Shown piece by piece: positions 22,597-33,874 of a stretch of DNA of 35,593 nt. Location: the NCBI RefSeq assembly GCF_000315625.1, contig NW_005434547.1, forward strand, positions 1-35,593, written 5' to 3'. Numbering within the stretch: position 1 is the stretch's first letter; each line of letters begins with the position of its first letter. This DNA comes from Guillardia theta CCMP2712 (taxonomy: Eukaryota > Protista > Cryptophyta). A program made the translations under genes and the position numbers. The notes under the pieces were generated by a model. The model worked only from the letters and a program-made list of their open reading frames with translations, made no database searches and was not told the DNA's origin.

Positions 22597-22970
22597 CCAG
22601 CAGAGTCAGCACTCAATTTCTTGCTAGTCTTGGCAGGAACTTTCTCTTCTCGATATGTCACTTTCTTCACAGGGTCGACCTGTTGAAACCACAAATAAGA
22701 AAGAAAGTTATCTAGACAACAAAATGAAACGGCAAATCTTTACGCACTTTTTCCATTGTGATGTTTGGTTTCGAATCTTCAAGAGATTTTCGATCTAGAA
22801 GTTCAGGTCATACTCCTCTCGTTCAAGTCCATCAAACGCTTGACCTTTTCTTTGAGGCAAGATTGTTATCGATCCTGCCCCACATGATTTCAGTATGTTG
22901 ATTGAGATGGGCAACGAAGAGGTTGTTTAGTACCTGGTTGCTCCAATTTCTTCCAATCAGGGGGGCGCGG

Positions 22971-23016
22971 GAGCATGAGCATGAGCATGAGCATGAGCAT
23001 GAGCATGAGCATGAGC
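22971..23016. repeat. (GAGCAT)n microsatellite
   Basis: About 7 perfect hexamer units upstream of the NAC beta ATG. Confidence 0.95.
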
Positions 23017-23143
23017 GAATGCCTTGTGATGTTCGCGACAGAGCCTAGTGCCCTGTTTGAGTGTTTGCAATGAGGGGGAAGAGGAGGAGCCGAAGGGAGA
23101 AGGAGGAAGAGCTGACATTGATGCAAGAAGGTTAGGAGCGAAC

Positions 23144-24421
23144 ATGCCTGTAGACCAAGAGAAGCTCGCGAAGCTCATGGCGTCGGTTGGTACCGTGGTT
23201 GTTGGGTACTCTGCCACTGACTCCATGAAGGTGCGAACTGGAGGGAAGGGATCAGTCCGTCGTAAGAAGAAGGCCGTCCATAAGACTGCAACAACAGGTT
23301 GTGCATGGGATGAGGAAGGAAGAGAGGAAGAGAGGAGGAGAAAGACAAGTAGGAGGAGGAAGAACAAGAAACTAGAGGGAGGTAGGCAGAAGAGAGCGAG
23401 AGCAAACAGGACATGCAAAGAGGAGAGAAGGGAAGAGGACAAGAGGAGTCAAGGGAGCAAGGGAGAACAGGAGGAGGAGGTGGTGGAGGTGGTGGAGGTA
23501 GAGGTGGAGGTAGAGGTGGAGGTGGTGGAGGAGTACTGACAGTAATTAGATGACAAGCGACTTCAGAACACTCTGAAACGATTGGGAGTGAACAACATCC
23601 CTGGGATCGAGGAGGTTAATCTGTTCAGAGACAACGGCACCGTCATCCATTTCAAGAACCCCAAGGTGGCAAGAGGCTGGGAGCTCTGGCAGGTCTGATC
23701 CCCTTGCAGCAAGTACAGGCGTCGATAGGAGCCAACACCTACGTCATCAGCGGGACAGCTGAGAACAAGAAGCTGCAGGACCTCCTGCCCGGCATCATCA
23801 ACCAGCTCGGGCCCGACAACCTCGAGAACCTCAAGATGATCGCCGAGCAGTTCTCGGTCTGACCCTTCGCTGCCCCCCTCCCCTCCCGCCCGCCTGCACC
23901 CCACGCCCTCATTCTCGTCTGCCCCCTTTTATCCCCTCTTTCCCTTCCTCCCCCTCCCCCTCCACCACCTCCCCCCTCTTCCCCCTTCTTCCCCCTCCCG
24001 CTTCCTGCTTCGCCTCATTTCCCTTCGCTGTCCTATCGTGACCTGACATGGGGAGCAGGGCAAGGCAGGAGAAGCCGCTGCTGGAGGGGATGACGATGTG
24101 AGAAATCAGCCCCCCTCGTGCCCCTCGTGCCCCTCCAGCTCCACTCCCAGCTATTGCTCTTGCTCTCCCCCATTCCCTCCCTTTCAACTTCTCTCCCCTC
24201 TCCTCCTGCTCCTCCCCCATTGCTGCAACAGCACCTCCATCACTCTTACTGTTGACTAGCACACTTGTACATGCCCTCCTATTGGTCACTCGCTCTGTCT
24301 TTCCTTTCATCGTCTTTCCTCGTCCCCCAGCTCGCCCCCCCTCCCCTAGTGTGCGGTATGAGTGAGTTGGCTTCAGGTGCCCGAGATCGTCGAGGACTTT
24401 GAGCAGGCGTCCAAGGAGTGA
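23144..24421 (+). CDS. BTF3: Nascent polypeptide-associated complex subunit beta (BTF3/EGD1)
   Basis: Spliced: [14 protein letters not shown]|[22 protein letters not shown]|[39 protein letters not shown]|..[48 protein letters not shown]|[13 protein letters not shown]|[14 protein letters not shown]. Confidence 0.97.
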
Positions 24422-24629
24422 AGGAGTGAAGGCGTGAACAAGTTCTTGTTCTTCTCGGGGCCGGGAGGAGGACAACAATCATGTGCAGTTTCTCTTTAAA
24501 CGTCTGAGAGCATCGGAGGCTCTCGCAGCTTCTTGCTCCCCCTTGGCTTTCGCTTGCTTCTGTTGCCTTGCGTGTATCTTGTGATTGAACGGTTGATGGG
24601 TTGACCCCTCCCCTCCCTCCTCCCCCCCC

Positions 24630-25092
24630 TAGCCTGGACCACTACCAGCTCGCCCCCAGCTGACCCTTAGTCTCTCTGTGGACGCAAAAGTGGGTCGGAC
24701 AGCGACGGGCCTTGGCATGAACTCCTGCGTAGAGCTAAGAAGCGAGCTGAGGAGAGATTCTCCCCAGCTAGTCTCTCACCTCCTGTACCTCGCCCAGCTG
24801 CCTTCCAGCTATAAAGGGAGTCAGTTTGAGTCAGCTCTACGAGGAAGGCAAGTGAGAACCGACGGCCGTCAGCCGCTCCATGTCACCCTCCAGCCATGAC
24901 AGGCTGCAAGCTGCTGGACCAGAGCTGGGCAGAAGGAGGTGGGGGGGCCGCAAACTGATCCCTGCCGAGGAGAGGGGAAGGGCTGCAAGACTCGCCAGCT
25001 CCTGCATGAGATAGGTCAGAAGCTGCTAGAGAGGGCGCAGCAGGATCTTGTGTTGGGGATGGAGCAGGAACAGGGGCAGGGAACAAGCCGCT

Positions 25093-25128
<36 letters not shown>

Positions 25129-28100
25129 AGACCTCAGGACCGAGACTTGCGATGTCGCGAGGCGAAATGTCGGGGGACGTCAACATTTCTGTCCAAAGAT
25201 GAAGATCCAGTGAGAGAAGAAGAGGAAGAAGGAGATGAGGGGGAGATTAGAAAGGAGATGGGGAGGAGAGGAGGGAGGAGGAGGGGAGGAGGCGAGAAAC
25301 AGGTGGTTAATCACAAGCACTTGCCGGTGCTCATGTGCCGCCTGACCTGCTAGCTCATGACAATCGGAAGGTCAGGAGCGGAAGGTCAGGAGCGGAAGAG
25401 GCAAACCTGAGGAGGAGGATGCAGAGTAGCTGAGAGAGAAGGAGGGAGCAAGAGTAGCGGGACCTGAGGAGGAAGAGAAGGAGAAGAGACTGCTGCCATG
25501 TATGTCACTCATGGTCCAATGTGCGAGAAACGCACCTTGGCTCTCCTCTTGAAACGCACGATCGGCAGCAGGCAAGACGTTCATGTCCGACGTCGAGGTG
25601 ACCTGTGGGATCGTTGAGATGTGAAACGAGAGCTTGTGGGGGTCAACAAGTGAGCAGGAGCAGGTAAGAGGGAAAAGGACCTGTACAACATGTACAAGTG
25701 AATGAGAAGTGTTGCTGTTCATACCTGGTGGTTATCTGTTCTCATGATCATCATGACCCAGTTGGTGGAGACAAGAGGAACAAGCAGAGACAGAGAATAA
25801 GAGTAGATGGTCAGACTCAAGGATAGGAGACTGCAGGGGAAGCAGACGGACACAAGGCGAGCACAGCATGAGGAGCGATACAACATGTGACAACAAGGAG
25901 AGTCAGGCAGAGGAGCTAACCGTGCTTGATAGAATGTTGCTTGCGCTCCTGCCACATGCTATCAGAGTTTCATGTCAGCAAACTCCCCTGCTACCTCCTC
26001 AACCCTCAGCTCCCTCGCGTGTCGCTGCCAAAAGAATGAACGAGATAGAGTTGGAGGAGACTAGCGACCTTGAGGTGATTGCGACATCCGGTGTCAAAGC
26101 CATCTTTCCTCACCCAATGCAAACTGAGCAACAAGGTGACTGATGTCCAACGAGTAAACAAGAAAGACGTCAAATGTTGTATACTGCGACTACTCAAACA
26201 AACGCAATTGTGACACATCAGCAACCAAGAATGACCAGATATCATGCAAGTACAATGAAACATCAAACAAGGAGGCAAGTTGAAAGATAGTGCCAGTCTG
26301 GTCATACTCGTTGCGACATCCCAGTTTGTCTCGTCCGCAGTTGCAACACAGTGCGCACCAAACCCACTGGAAGCAGCATGAAGTTACAACCTTGCGAGAG
26401 CAATCGGAAATAACAATGATGAGAAGAGAAAAGGAGAGAGAGAAAGCGTGAGGAGGAGCATCAAGACATCAAGTGAAATGTGTAATCAGATGACTGGAGG
26501 TTCAAGACAAGAGTGACCTGATGGCGATTTGAGCAGCTGATAGTCAGATACCCCCGTTTATGTCTCTTGACGTGCAAGGGCGCCTTTGAAGGACTCGAGG
26601 GTCAGCAAGTAAATCAAGAACAAACAAGCAAGTAAAACAAGAGCAAACAAGCAAGTAAAACAAGAGCAAACAAGCAAGTAAATGAAGAACAAACAAGCAA
26701 GTAAATGAAGAACAAACAAGCCCTTCCGGGAAAGATTCATTGTTCTCCCTTGCACTCTTTGTATCTCTTTCTGACTTCACTTGCCTGCTCCCTCCTCTTT
26801 CTCTTCTGTCTGACATCTCAGTTTGCAATATCCATCAAACCATGATGCCGCCCCTCCCACCATCGTACCAATCATCTTCATTCACATTCGCATTTGCGTT
26901 CGCATCGCATCACGAGGCTCTTCACTCACGTCACAGCTCTCAGCTTTCTCTTGTGCTCTGTCAATGTGCTTGCAACTTGTCAAGGTCTGGAAGCTGCTCC
27001 GGTCAACACCAAACTCTTCTTCTACACTGACAGCAGCATCCGCAGCATCTGACATCATTCATCACCCGAGCAACCGCGACCTGCTCCTCTCTTGGAGTAC
27101 CTTTGGAGAGCAAGTCCTCTCTCACTTGTTGAAAGGCGTCTTCCTGCCCTGACCACTTCCCTTGGGCTGCAGCACATTCATACCTGCCGTGCAACAACCA
27201 GTCAGGCAAGGATGACCCCTCCCTTCCTTGCTACCGCCTCCTCTTGCCATGCCTCTCGAGATCGTTTCGTCTGCCGGCATCGAAGCAATCTCTTTCCGCC
27301 CAGCGCGCTGCCATGCTGCACCCGTCCTCCACCCCATGCGCGCAGGTGCAGCCGCAAGGGCACCTGACCCACTGGTTGCCAGCTGAGCATGCAGCAGAGA
27401 CGTGTCCTCGATTGTGCAGGCGGAGGGAGAAAGCGGCGCTGCAGCTCGTCCCCTCAGTCGATGGGTCCACGTGCTGCAAGGAGCCATGAGGCAGCAGCAG
27501 TGCTGGGGCACCAATCCATCGTACCTCGCAGCATGGCAGGCAGATGAGCCTGACGTCTGTTGACGGAGAGATGGAGGAAGCAACTGCTTACATGTCAGCT
27601 ACGAGATCTCCTCATGGTACTCCAACCAGGCTCAGAGATCATTCCGACATCTCTTCGTCTCATCTCTCCTCGCGCTGTGTCACGAGAACAACCCGTCAGT
27701 GTAGGTCTCTTTTCCCTCTTCTCTAGGTTCAAAGGCCCTCCAGGCATCCGCCCTTCACTGACCTCCTTCTCTTGGTTGCTGCTGAGAGCCTGCCTGTCCT
27801 CCATGTCCTGTATATCCCTCAGCTTGAGGCTCTCCTCCTCATGTAGAGCCTCTCCCTCAGCTTACTAAGGCTCTCCTCCTCCTGTAGAGCCTCTCCCTCA
27901 GCTTACTAAGGCTCTCCTCCTCCTGTAGAGCCTCTCCCTCAGCTTACTAGGGCTCTCCTCCTCATGTAGAGCCTCTCCCTCAGCTTAAGGCTCTCCTCCT
28001 CCTGTAGAGCCTCTCCCTCAGCTTACTAAGGCTCTCCTCCTCCTGTAGAGCCTCTCCCTCAGCTTAAGGCTCTCCTCCTCCTGTAGAGCCTCTCCCTCAG

Positions 28101-29249
28101 CTTAAGGCTCTCCTCCTCCTGTAGAGCCTCTCCCTCAGCATACTAGGGCTCTCCTCCTCCTGTAGAGCCTCTCCCTCAGCTTAAGGCTCTCCTCCTCCTG
28201 TAGAGCCTCTCCCTCAGCTTAAGGCTCTCCTCCTCCTGTAGAGCCTCTCCCTCAGCTTAAGGCTCTCCTCCTCCTGTAGAGCCTCTCCCTCAGCTTACTA
28301 AGGCTCTCCTCCTCCTGTAGAGCCTCTCCCTCAGCTTAAGGCTCTCCTCCTCNNNNNNNNNNNNNNNNNNNNNNNNNNNNNNNNNNNNNNNNNNNNNNNN
28401 NNNNNNNNNNNNNNNNNNNNNNNNNNNNNNNNNNNNNNNNNNNNNNNNNNNNCTCAGCTTACTAAGGCTCTCCTCCTCCTGTAGAGCCTCTCCCTCAGCT
28501 TACTCAGGCTCTCCTCCTCCTGTAGAGCCTCTCCCTCAGCTTAAGGCTCTCCTCCTCCTGTAGAGCCTCTCCCTCAGCTTACTAAGGCTCTCCTCCTCCT
28601 GTAGAGCCTCTCCCTCAGCTTAAGGCTCTCCTCCTCCTGTAGAGCCTCTCCCTCAGCTTAAGGCTCTCCTCCTCCTGTAGAGCCTCTCCCTCAGCTTAAG
28701 GCTCTCCTCCTCCTGTAGAGCCTCTCCCTCAGCTTAAGGCTCTCCTCCTCCTGTAGAAAAAAAAGAGCCTCTCCCTCAGCTTAAGGCTCTCCTCCTCCTG
28801 TAGAGCCTCTCCCTCAGCTTAAGGCTCTCCTCCTCCTGTAGAGCCTCTCCCTCAGCTTAAGGCTCTCCTCCTCCTGTAGAGCCTCTCCCTCAGCTTAAGG
28901 CTCTCCTCCTCCTGTAGAGCCTCTCCCTCAGCTTAAGGCTCTCCTCCTCCTGTAGAGCCTCTCCCTCAGCTTAAGGCTCTCCTCCTCCTGTAGAGCCTCT
29001 CCCTCAGCTTAAGGCTCTCCTCCTCCTGTAGAGCCTCTCCCTCAGCTTAAGGCTCTCCTCCTCCTGTAGAGCCTCCTCCCTCAGCCTTAAGGCCTCTCCT
29101 CCTCCTGTAGAGCCTCTCCCTCAGCTTAAGGCTCTCCTCCTCCTGTAGAGCCTCTCCCTCAGCTTAAGGCTCTCCTCCTCCTGTAGAGCCTCTCCCTCAG
29201 CTAAGTCTCAGCCTCTCTTCTCGTCGCTGCTCATCTCAAAGATCTCCAT
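24630..29249 (-). CDS. Hypothetical intron-rich gene, possibly disrupted by the tandem array near its 5' end
   Basis: Series of minus-strand GT..AG-bounded open exons (EEESLKLRDIQDMEDRQ; HVDPSTEGTSCSAAF; SVEEEFGVDRSSF; EMLTSPDISPRDIASL; EFMPRPVAVRPTF). Full phase continuity was not verified. Confidence 0.4.
26607..26721. repeat. 23-bp minisatellite x5 (aagtaaa[tc/ac/tg]aag[aa/ag]caaacaagc)
   Basis: Five adjacent units in three variants, probably intronic (followed on the minus strand by CTGAC...AG). Confidence 0.95.
27815..29203. repeat. 38/41-bp tandem array (ggctctcctcctcctgtagagcctctccctcagctt[act]aa), roughly 33 visible copies, spanning a gap
   Basis: Near-identical head-to-tail units with no spacers. 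The 41-bp variant carries an extra 'act'. Confidence 0.98.
28353..28452. other. Assembly gap (100 N) inside the tandem array
   Basis: Run of N. Confidence 1.
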
Positions 29250-29539
29250 GGCCTCCCGCCCTCCCCTGCAGCCTCCCGGCACAAGTGCAGCAGCAGTAGG
29301 TCCGTGAGGGCCCTAGAGACCCACCATGGGGTGTGAGAGGAGAATGGGGTAGTAGGGTAGGGTAGGTGTCGGATCGGATCCTCGACTCCCGGCGAAGACT
29401 AGTACCCCACCCCCCATTTGAAGCACTTGCATGAAGAAGCCAAGGGCCGACCGTACAGGGGTGACTGTTACTACTATGATAAGTTACTGACGGTTACTGT
29501 TAGAACCATGACGGTTAAGTTAGCACAAGCCGAAAGCTG

Positions 29540-30505
29540 AGTCATCCCGAGTCCCCGGCCCGGCGGTCAAGCCTCACGGTCCGATCTGCCACGGTCAGCA
29601 TGCCATGATGGTGCCTACTAACTCAAGGCCGCGTCCGGAGTCGGGCCGGGCCGATCACCGTCACGCTGAGTGACCACAGTGATGAGTCGGGCCCAGTGTA
29701 AGTTTGAGCCACTGGGCCAGCCTACTACTACTAAGTGTGGCACTGAGATGATGGGCCGATGATCCCGCTGAGAGTCGCCGGGGGGGGCCGCCCATGAATC
29801 AGCGGTTATCACACCGTCACAACTTCCGAAGTTCGGCGATCATCTGAGGCCGCCGGCTAAAACCCACTGGCATCAGCCTGGCAGGCCAATGGCCGCTCAC
29901 AGAGTCAGCCAGGATTGTACCACACCGCAGCAAAACTTGAGACTGAGACACTCTGCGGGGCGGCCGCCGGGGCCCGGCGGTGTGCCGCCGACTCGGGCCG
30001 TACGGTCGTCCACCGTCCGCCGGGTCTGTGCCTAACGGACCGCCCGGCCCGGCTGCCAGCGAACTTGACTGGCCGCCCAGTCACTGAGGGCGCCGGGGCC
30101 CGGCCCCGGCCGGATAATCCCTTCACCGGTCCCACCGTGTCCGATCCGACGGGCCGGGCCGGCCCACGGCTGCGGTGACTCCGGGACCGTACCGCAGTGG
30201 TACTACACTCGGAGGCTCAGTCCCGGGCCGATCAACCAGCGGCCGCGGCCCTCAAGAAGTTCGGCCGAAAGTTCGGTCACTGTGACAAATCATACTAGAG
30301 TGCCGGCGCTGCCCCGGGCGGGCCCTGCCGAGGATCGTCACGGTATAACTTTGAATCAAGCTTGCAAGGCCCGGCCGCTGCCTGGCAGCCCGGCGTGCCG
30401 GCCGCCCCGGGTGGCCGGGCCCGGTGGCCGGGCCAGGCCGGCTGGGCCCCGAGGCGGGCCTCCGACAAGAGCGTGACCGTGAAGGACCGGGACCATCCAA
30501 CGCCC
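29540..30505. other. GC-rich intergenic island between divergent genes
   Basis: Same motif vocabulary. Flanked on the left by gggta words (29345-29370) and on the right by taccc words (30545-31070). Confidence 0.7.
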
Positions 30506-31096
30506 GGCTATTCGACTATGACCCCTTGCTAGTCAATGCGTCCCATTACTACCCTACCCCCTCTCTTTCTGAGTTCGTGAAGTCATGACTACCCCCTCTG
30601 ATAGATGATTGCAGTGTAATTCAGACATCACCACCCCCTCCTCCATACCCCACCCCTCCGCTCGTACACCCACAGTTCAAACACTCCTCGATAACCACCC
30701 CACCATGACTTTTCTATGAAAAGTACCCACCTTCACGAGGTTGGCAGTCTTCCATCACCCTACCTGTCCCATGCATGATGATTGACTACCCTACCATAGA
30801 AAATAGGTCCTTATAGAGGTCTATGGACGGGTATATTCCACATACCCACCCCCTTGTGTCCTTCTTTTTCTACGGCGGATCCAGAGGTTTACCTGTCCCA
30901 ACGCTGTGAGACCACCCCACAACGACCACAGACTAGACTACCCCACCCCTTAATTTCCGCAGGTAGTGCACCACCCACCATTGAGATTTCATGATTCTTC
31001 TCTCATAGGAGTACCCTAGAACCATATTCATCCTCGACCCACCCCGTCATTAAGTACCCCACCCCACACACTCGTCACGCGCAGGACCCCTCAGCA

Positions 31097-32268
31097 ATGC
31101 GCTCTGGGCCGCTTATTCTGGCCATCACCTCGCTCGCGCTTCTTGCGACATGCACGTCTCTCCACTCCTCCTCCTCCAATCCCTCCTCCACCCTCTCTCC
31201 GGCTCTCTCCTCGGGTCTCCGCCTTCGACCGGCCCCCATCCAGCCAGGTACCTCATTGGCATGCCATGAATCTAGATGCGTCCGCTGCCGGCCGCGGCTG
31301 TGACGTATGATTGATGCGCGCAAATGGTCCTGTAGGAGAAAAGAAGTCTGACATTGTGTTGATATCTTGTTGTCTTGATCTAACATCCACTTGAACGAAC
31401 ATGATATTGGGTTCAAACCGCACATTTTTATCGTTTGTGTTGAGGAGACGTTTCGCAGCCCTTGCATGATTCCTTTGTTGCGATGATGATTCTTCTTGTC
31501 CTCATCGTTTTTCTAGAGGAGCAACTGCAAGTCCATCGTGCCGGCTCAAGGGTTGCCCACAAATTGAGGACGACGTCTGCTCTCGGCGATGATGACTTGG
31601 TGCTCTAATCCATTTTCTTTCCTGAAATTTGCGCTAATGGTGTTACCTCTGTAAAAAGGAGCAAGAATACTGTGACACGTGTATGGAGCAGGTAGCAGCA
31701 TGGCCTTTTCTTTGCTGACTCTAACTCAATGGCCCCAGTACATTGCTGCTGCTGAAATCGCTGCGAGACGAAATGCTGAGAGATTGGCTTCCTCTGCTGT
31801 GGAATATTACCAAAAGGCCAATCATTTCTTCCTGAACCGCCTTCGCGGAGGAAAGAGGAAGGCCAAGGAAGAATCTGAGGATGAGGATGAGGAAGAAGAA
31901 GAAGAAGAAGAAGAAGAGGAGGAGGATGAATCCGACGAGGTTCGAACTCGTTTGAAGAAGAATGCGTATAATGCCGAAAGCAGGTTGAAGACTCTGAAGA
32001 CGAAGACGAAGACGAAGACGAGGATGAAGATGAGGACGAAGACGAAGATGAAGAAGAGGAGGTGCTTTGCTTTTTGATATTTGTGAACCCGTCTGAATTT
32101 CGTATCAAGGATTCTTCTGAAGCTCCCAAGCGCAAGGGGAAAAGCAAGACCACAATCAAAGAGATCAAGGAAGACAAAGGTGGCCGCAAGGGCTCTGGCA
32201 AGAAGAAGGTCATCCGATACTGGCTACATCTCCACGTGCTTACATCCAGATAGCATGAAGAAGAGGAA

Positions 32269-32300
<32 letters not shown>

Positions 32301-32535
32301 TGATGAGGTCAGGCTCTAACAAGAGCTTCATCTTGTAACGACCTATGACAGGAAATGAAGAAGTCCAGCAAAAAGCATTCAAAACATGGAAAAAATCAGA
32401 AGAAGCAATCACACGGAAAGTCGAAGGTACTAAAATCAAACCACATCCTAGTTTGCTAACATCGATGCAATGCAGCGTAAGGATTCGTCTGAAGATGACT
32501 CTGAAGATGATGACTCTGACGAGGATGATAGCTAA
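31097..32535 (+). CDS. Signal-peptide-bearing preprotein with RLRGG motif and alternating acidic/basic low-complexity mature domain
   Basis: MRSGPLILAITSLALLATCTSLHSSSS...|EEQLQVHRAGSRVAHKLRTTSALGDDDL|YIAAAEIAARRN...FFLNRLRGGKRKAKEESEDEDEEE..|VEDSEDEDE..|DSSEAPKRKGKSK..GKKK|HEEEEEDED..|EMKKSSKKHSK..|RKDSSEDDSEDDDSDEDDS* (TAA 32533-32535). All joins are GT-AG and in frame. Confidence 0.8.
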
Positions 32536-32710
32536 ACCTTCCGGCTGCTCCTGTTGAATCGGTTTCCAGAATATTTGCTGAGTTGGGATCTGGAATGAAG
32601 TATTTTCTTTGTTGGATTGAGTGACAGAAGACGACAAGATTGGATTTCTTTTTTGTTTTTCCATCACATTGAAAAAACTTTTGCCGTCCGGCAGAGTTTG
32701 ACATCGCTCA

Positions 32711-33874
32711 TTACATCTCAACATCAATGTGCACACGCGATGCAGATCTGCCGAAGAGAGCAATCTTAACATCCGGCAGTTTCTGTGAAGCAAGAATCAT
32801 CACAACAGAGCCAGCAAGAGGGGCAAGGCGAACCTGAGAGAGAACAACGTCGAGTCTCGCGTTGAGAGTGTTGTCGCAGCAGATCATGTGATCAGGCGTG
32901 TACAGCTTCACACCTCCCGCACAACTGCACATGCCGGTCAACAGATCCATGACCCCTCCGACAAAGTGCCGCGGGGGCTCTCACGGGGCGGTGGGGTCGT
33001 TCTTGTCGGGCAGGAAGTCCTTGTCCAAGGTGACGTCACACTTGTTCCCGGTCGCGTTGGTGAACTGAAGGTCCCATGAGCTTCAGCATGTGTGGCGCTA
33101 TGGAGCGCAGGCAGGTGCACCTGGTTGGCAGCGTCCTTGAGAACGCCTTGCACGACACCCTGATCGGACTTCCTACACCTCACGACCACCTAGCAAGGAG
33201 GATGAGCTCGAGGGGAGATCGCTAGCAGAGGTTGACTCACAGCAGGCTCCATCAACTGGTAGAGGCCCTGCAGCACCAACTTCTGGCACATCTCCTTGTA
33301 CCTGCAGTTCAAGGTCAGAGCTTCTCAAGCTCTCGATGGCGGAGCTCTTGACCCAGGCGCAGACGCATCCCCCAGCTTGTTCAGTTCGTTCATAACTACT
33401 GTCTTGACTTGATTGACGACTTCGTCTCTCGAGGTAAGAACACGGAGGCGAGAGGCATTCACCTGCATGCACGTAAGAGAGGGAGACGCAAGTGGGCGAA
33501 CGAGGAGGCACCTCGTTAGAGAAGGCAATTCGTTTCTGAATTTCCACTTGCTTCAACTTCCTGTCGAACTCAGCCTTGACCTTGACCTGCAGAGGCGGGT
33601 CACAGACAACTATGAACTCTAAACCCTGGGCAAATTTCCTTCTGCTCTTCCACAAGGCGGAGTTTCTCGATGTTAAATTCCTCCTCTGCCATCACTTCCA
33701 GTCAGAGCCTTGTAGACCGCACAGGGCAGGGGCTGACCAGCTTTGATGTTGATCTCCTGGGCCTTCTCCTGGGCCTCTTGCTTGATGAAAGAAACCATCT
33801 GCTACCAAGTCAACCTCCAGTGAACTCAGTTAGGACTAGAGCCTGACCTGGGTGATAGCCTTGTTTGTGTCCAT
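32711..33874 (-). CDS. ATP6V1E: V-type proton ATPase subunit E (10 exons)
   Basis: MDTNKAITQ|MVSFIKQEAQEKAQEINIKA|EEEFNIEKLRLVEEQK|VKVKAEFDRKLKQVEIQKRIAFSNE|VNASRLRVL...|YKEMCQKLVLQGLYQLMEPA|VVVRCRKSD...|CAGGVKL...CDNTLNARLD...|KLPDVKIALFG. These are VMA4/ATP6V1E hallmark motifs. Confidence 0.97.

Noticed and set aside
21890-22700. Extra gene upstream of NAC beta (MDEYLDVTLLELLKHAGE...)
   Set aside because: Exon-like pieces do not join in frame and an assembly gap interrupts the region, so it cannot be supported.
28757-28764. Poly-A insertion in one array unit as a retro-insertion scar
   Set aside because: Single occurrence in a hard-to-sequence array with other single-base irregularities nearby; likely a read error.
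27815-29203. CRISPR-like array (38-bp palindromic repeat)
   Set aside because: Units are head-to-tail with no unique spacers, there are no cas genes, and the context is eukaryotic.
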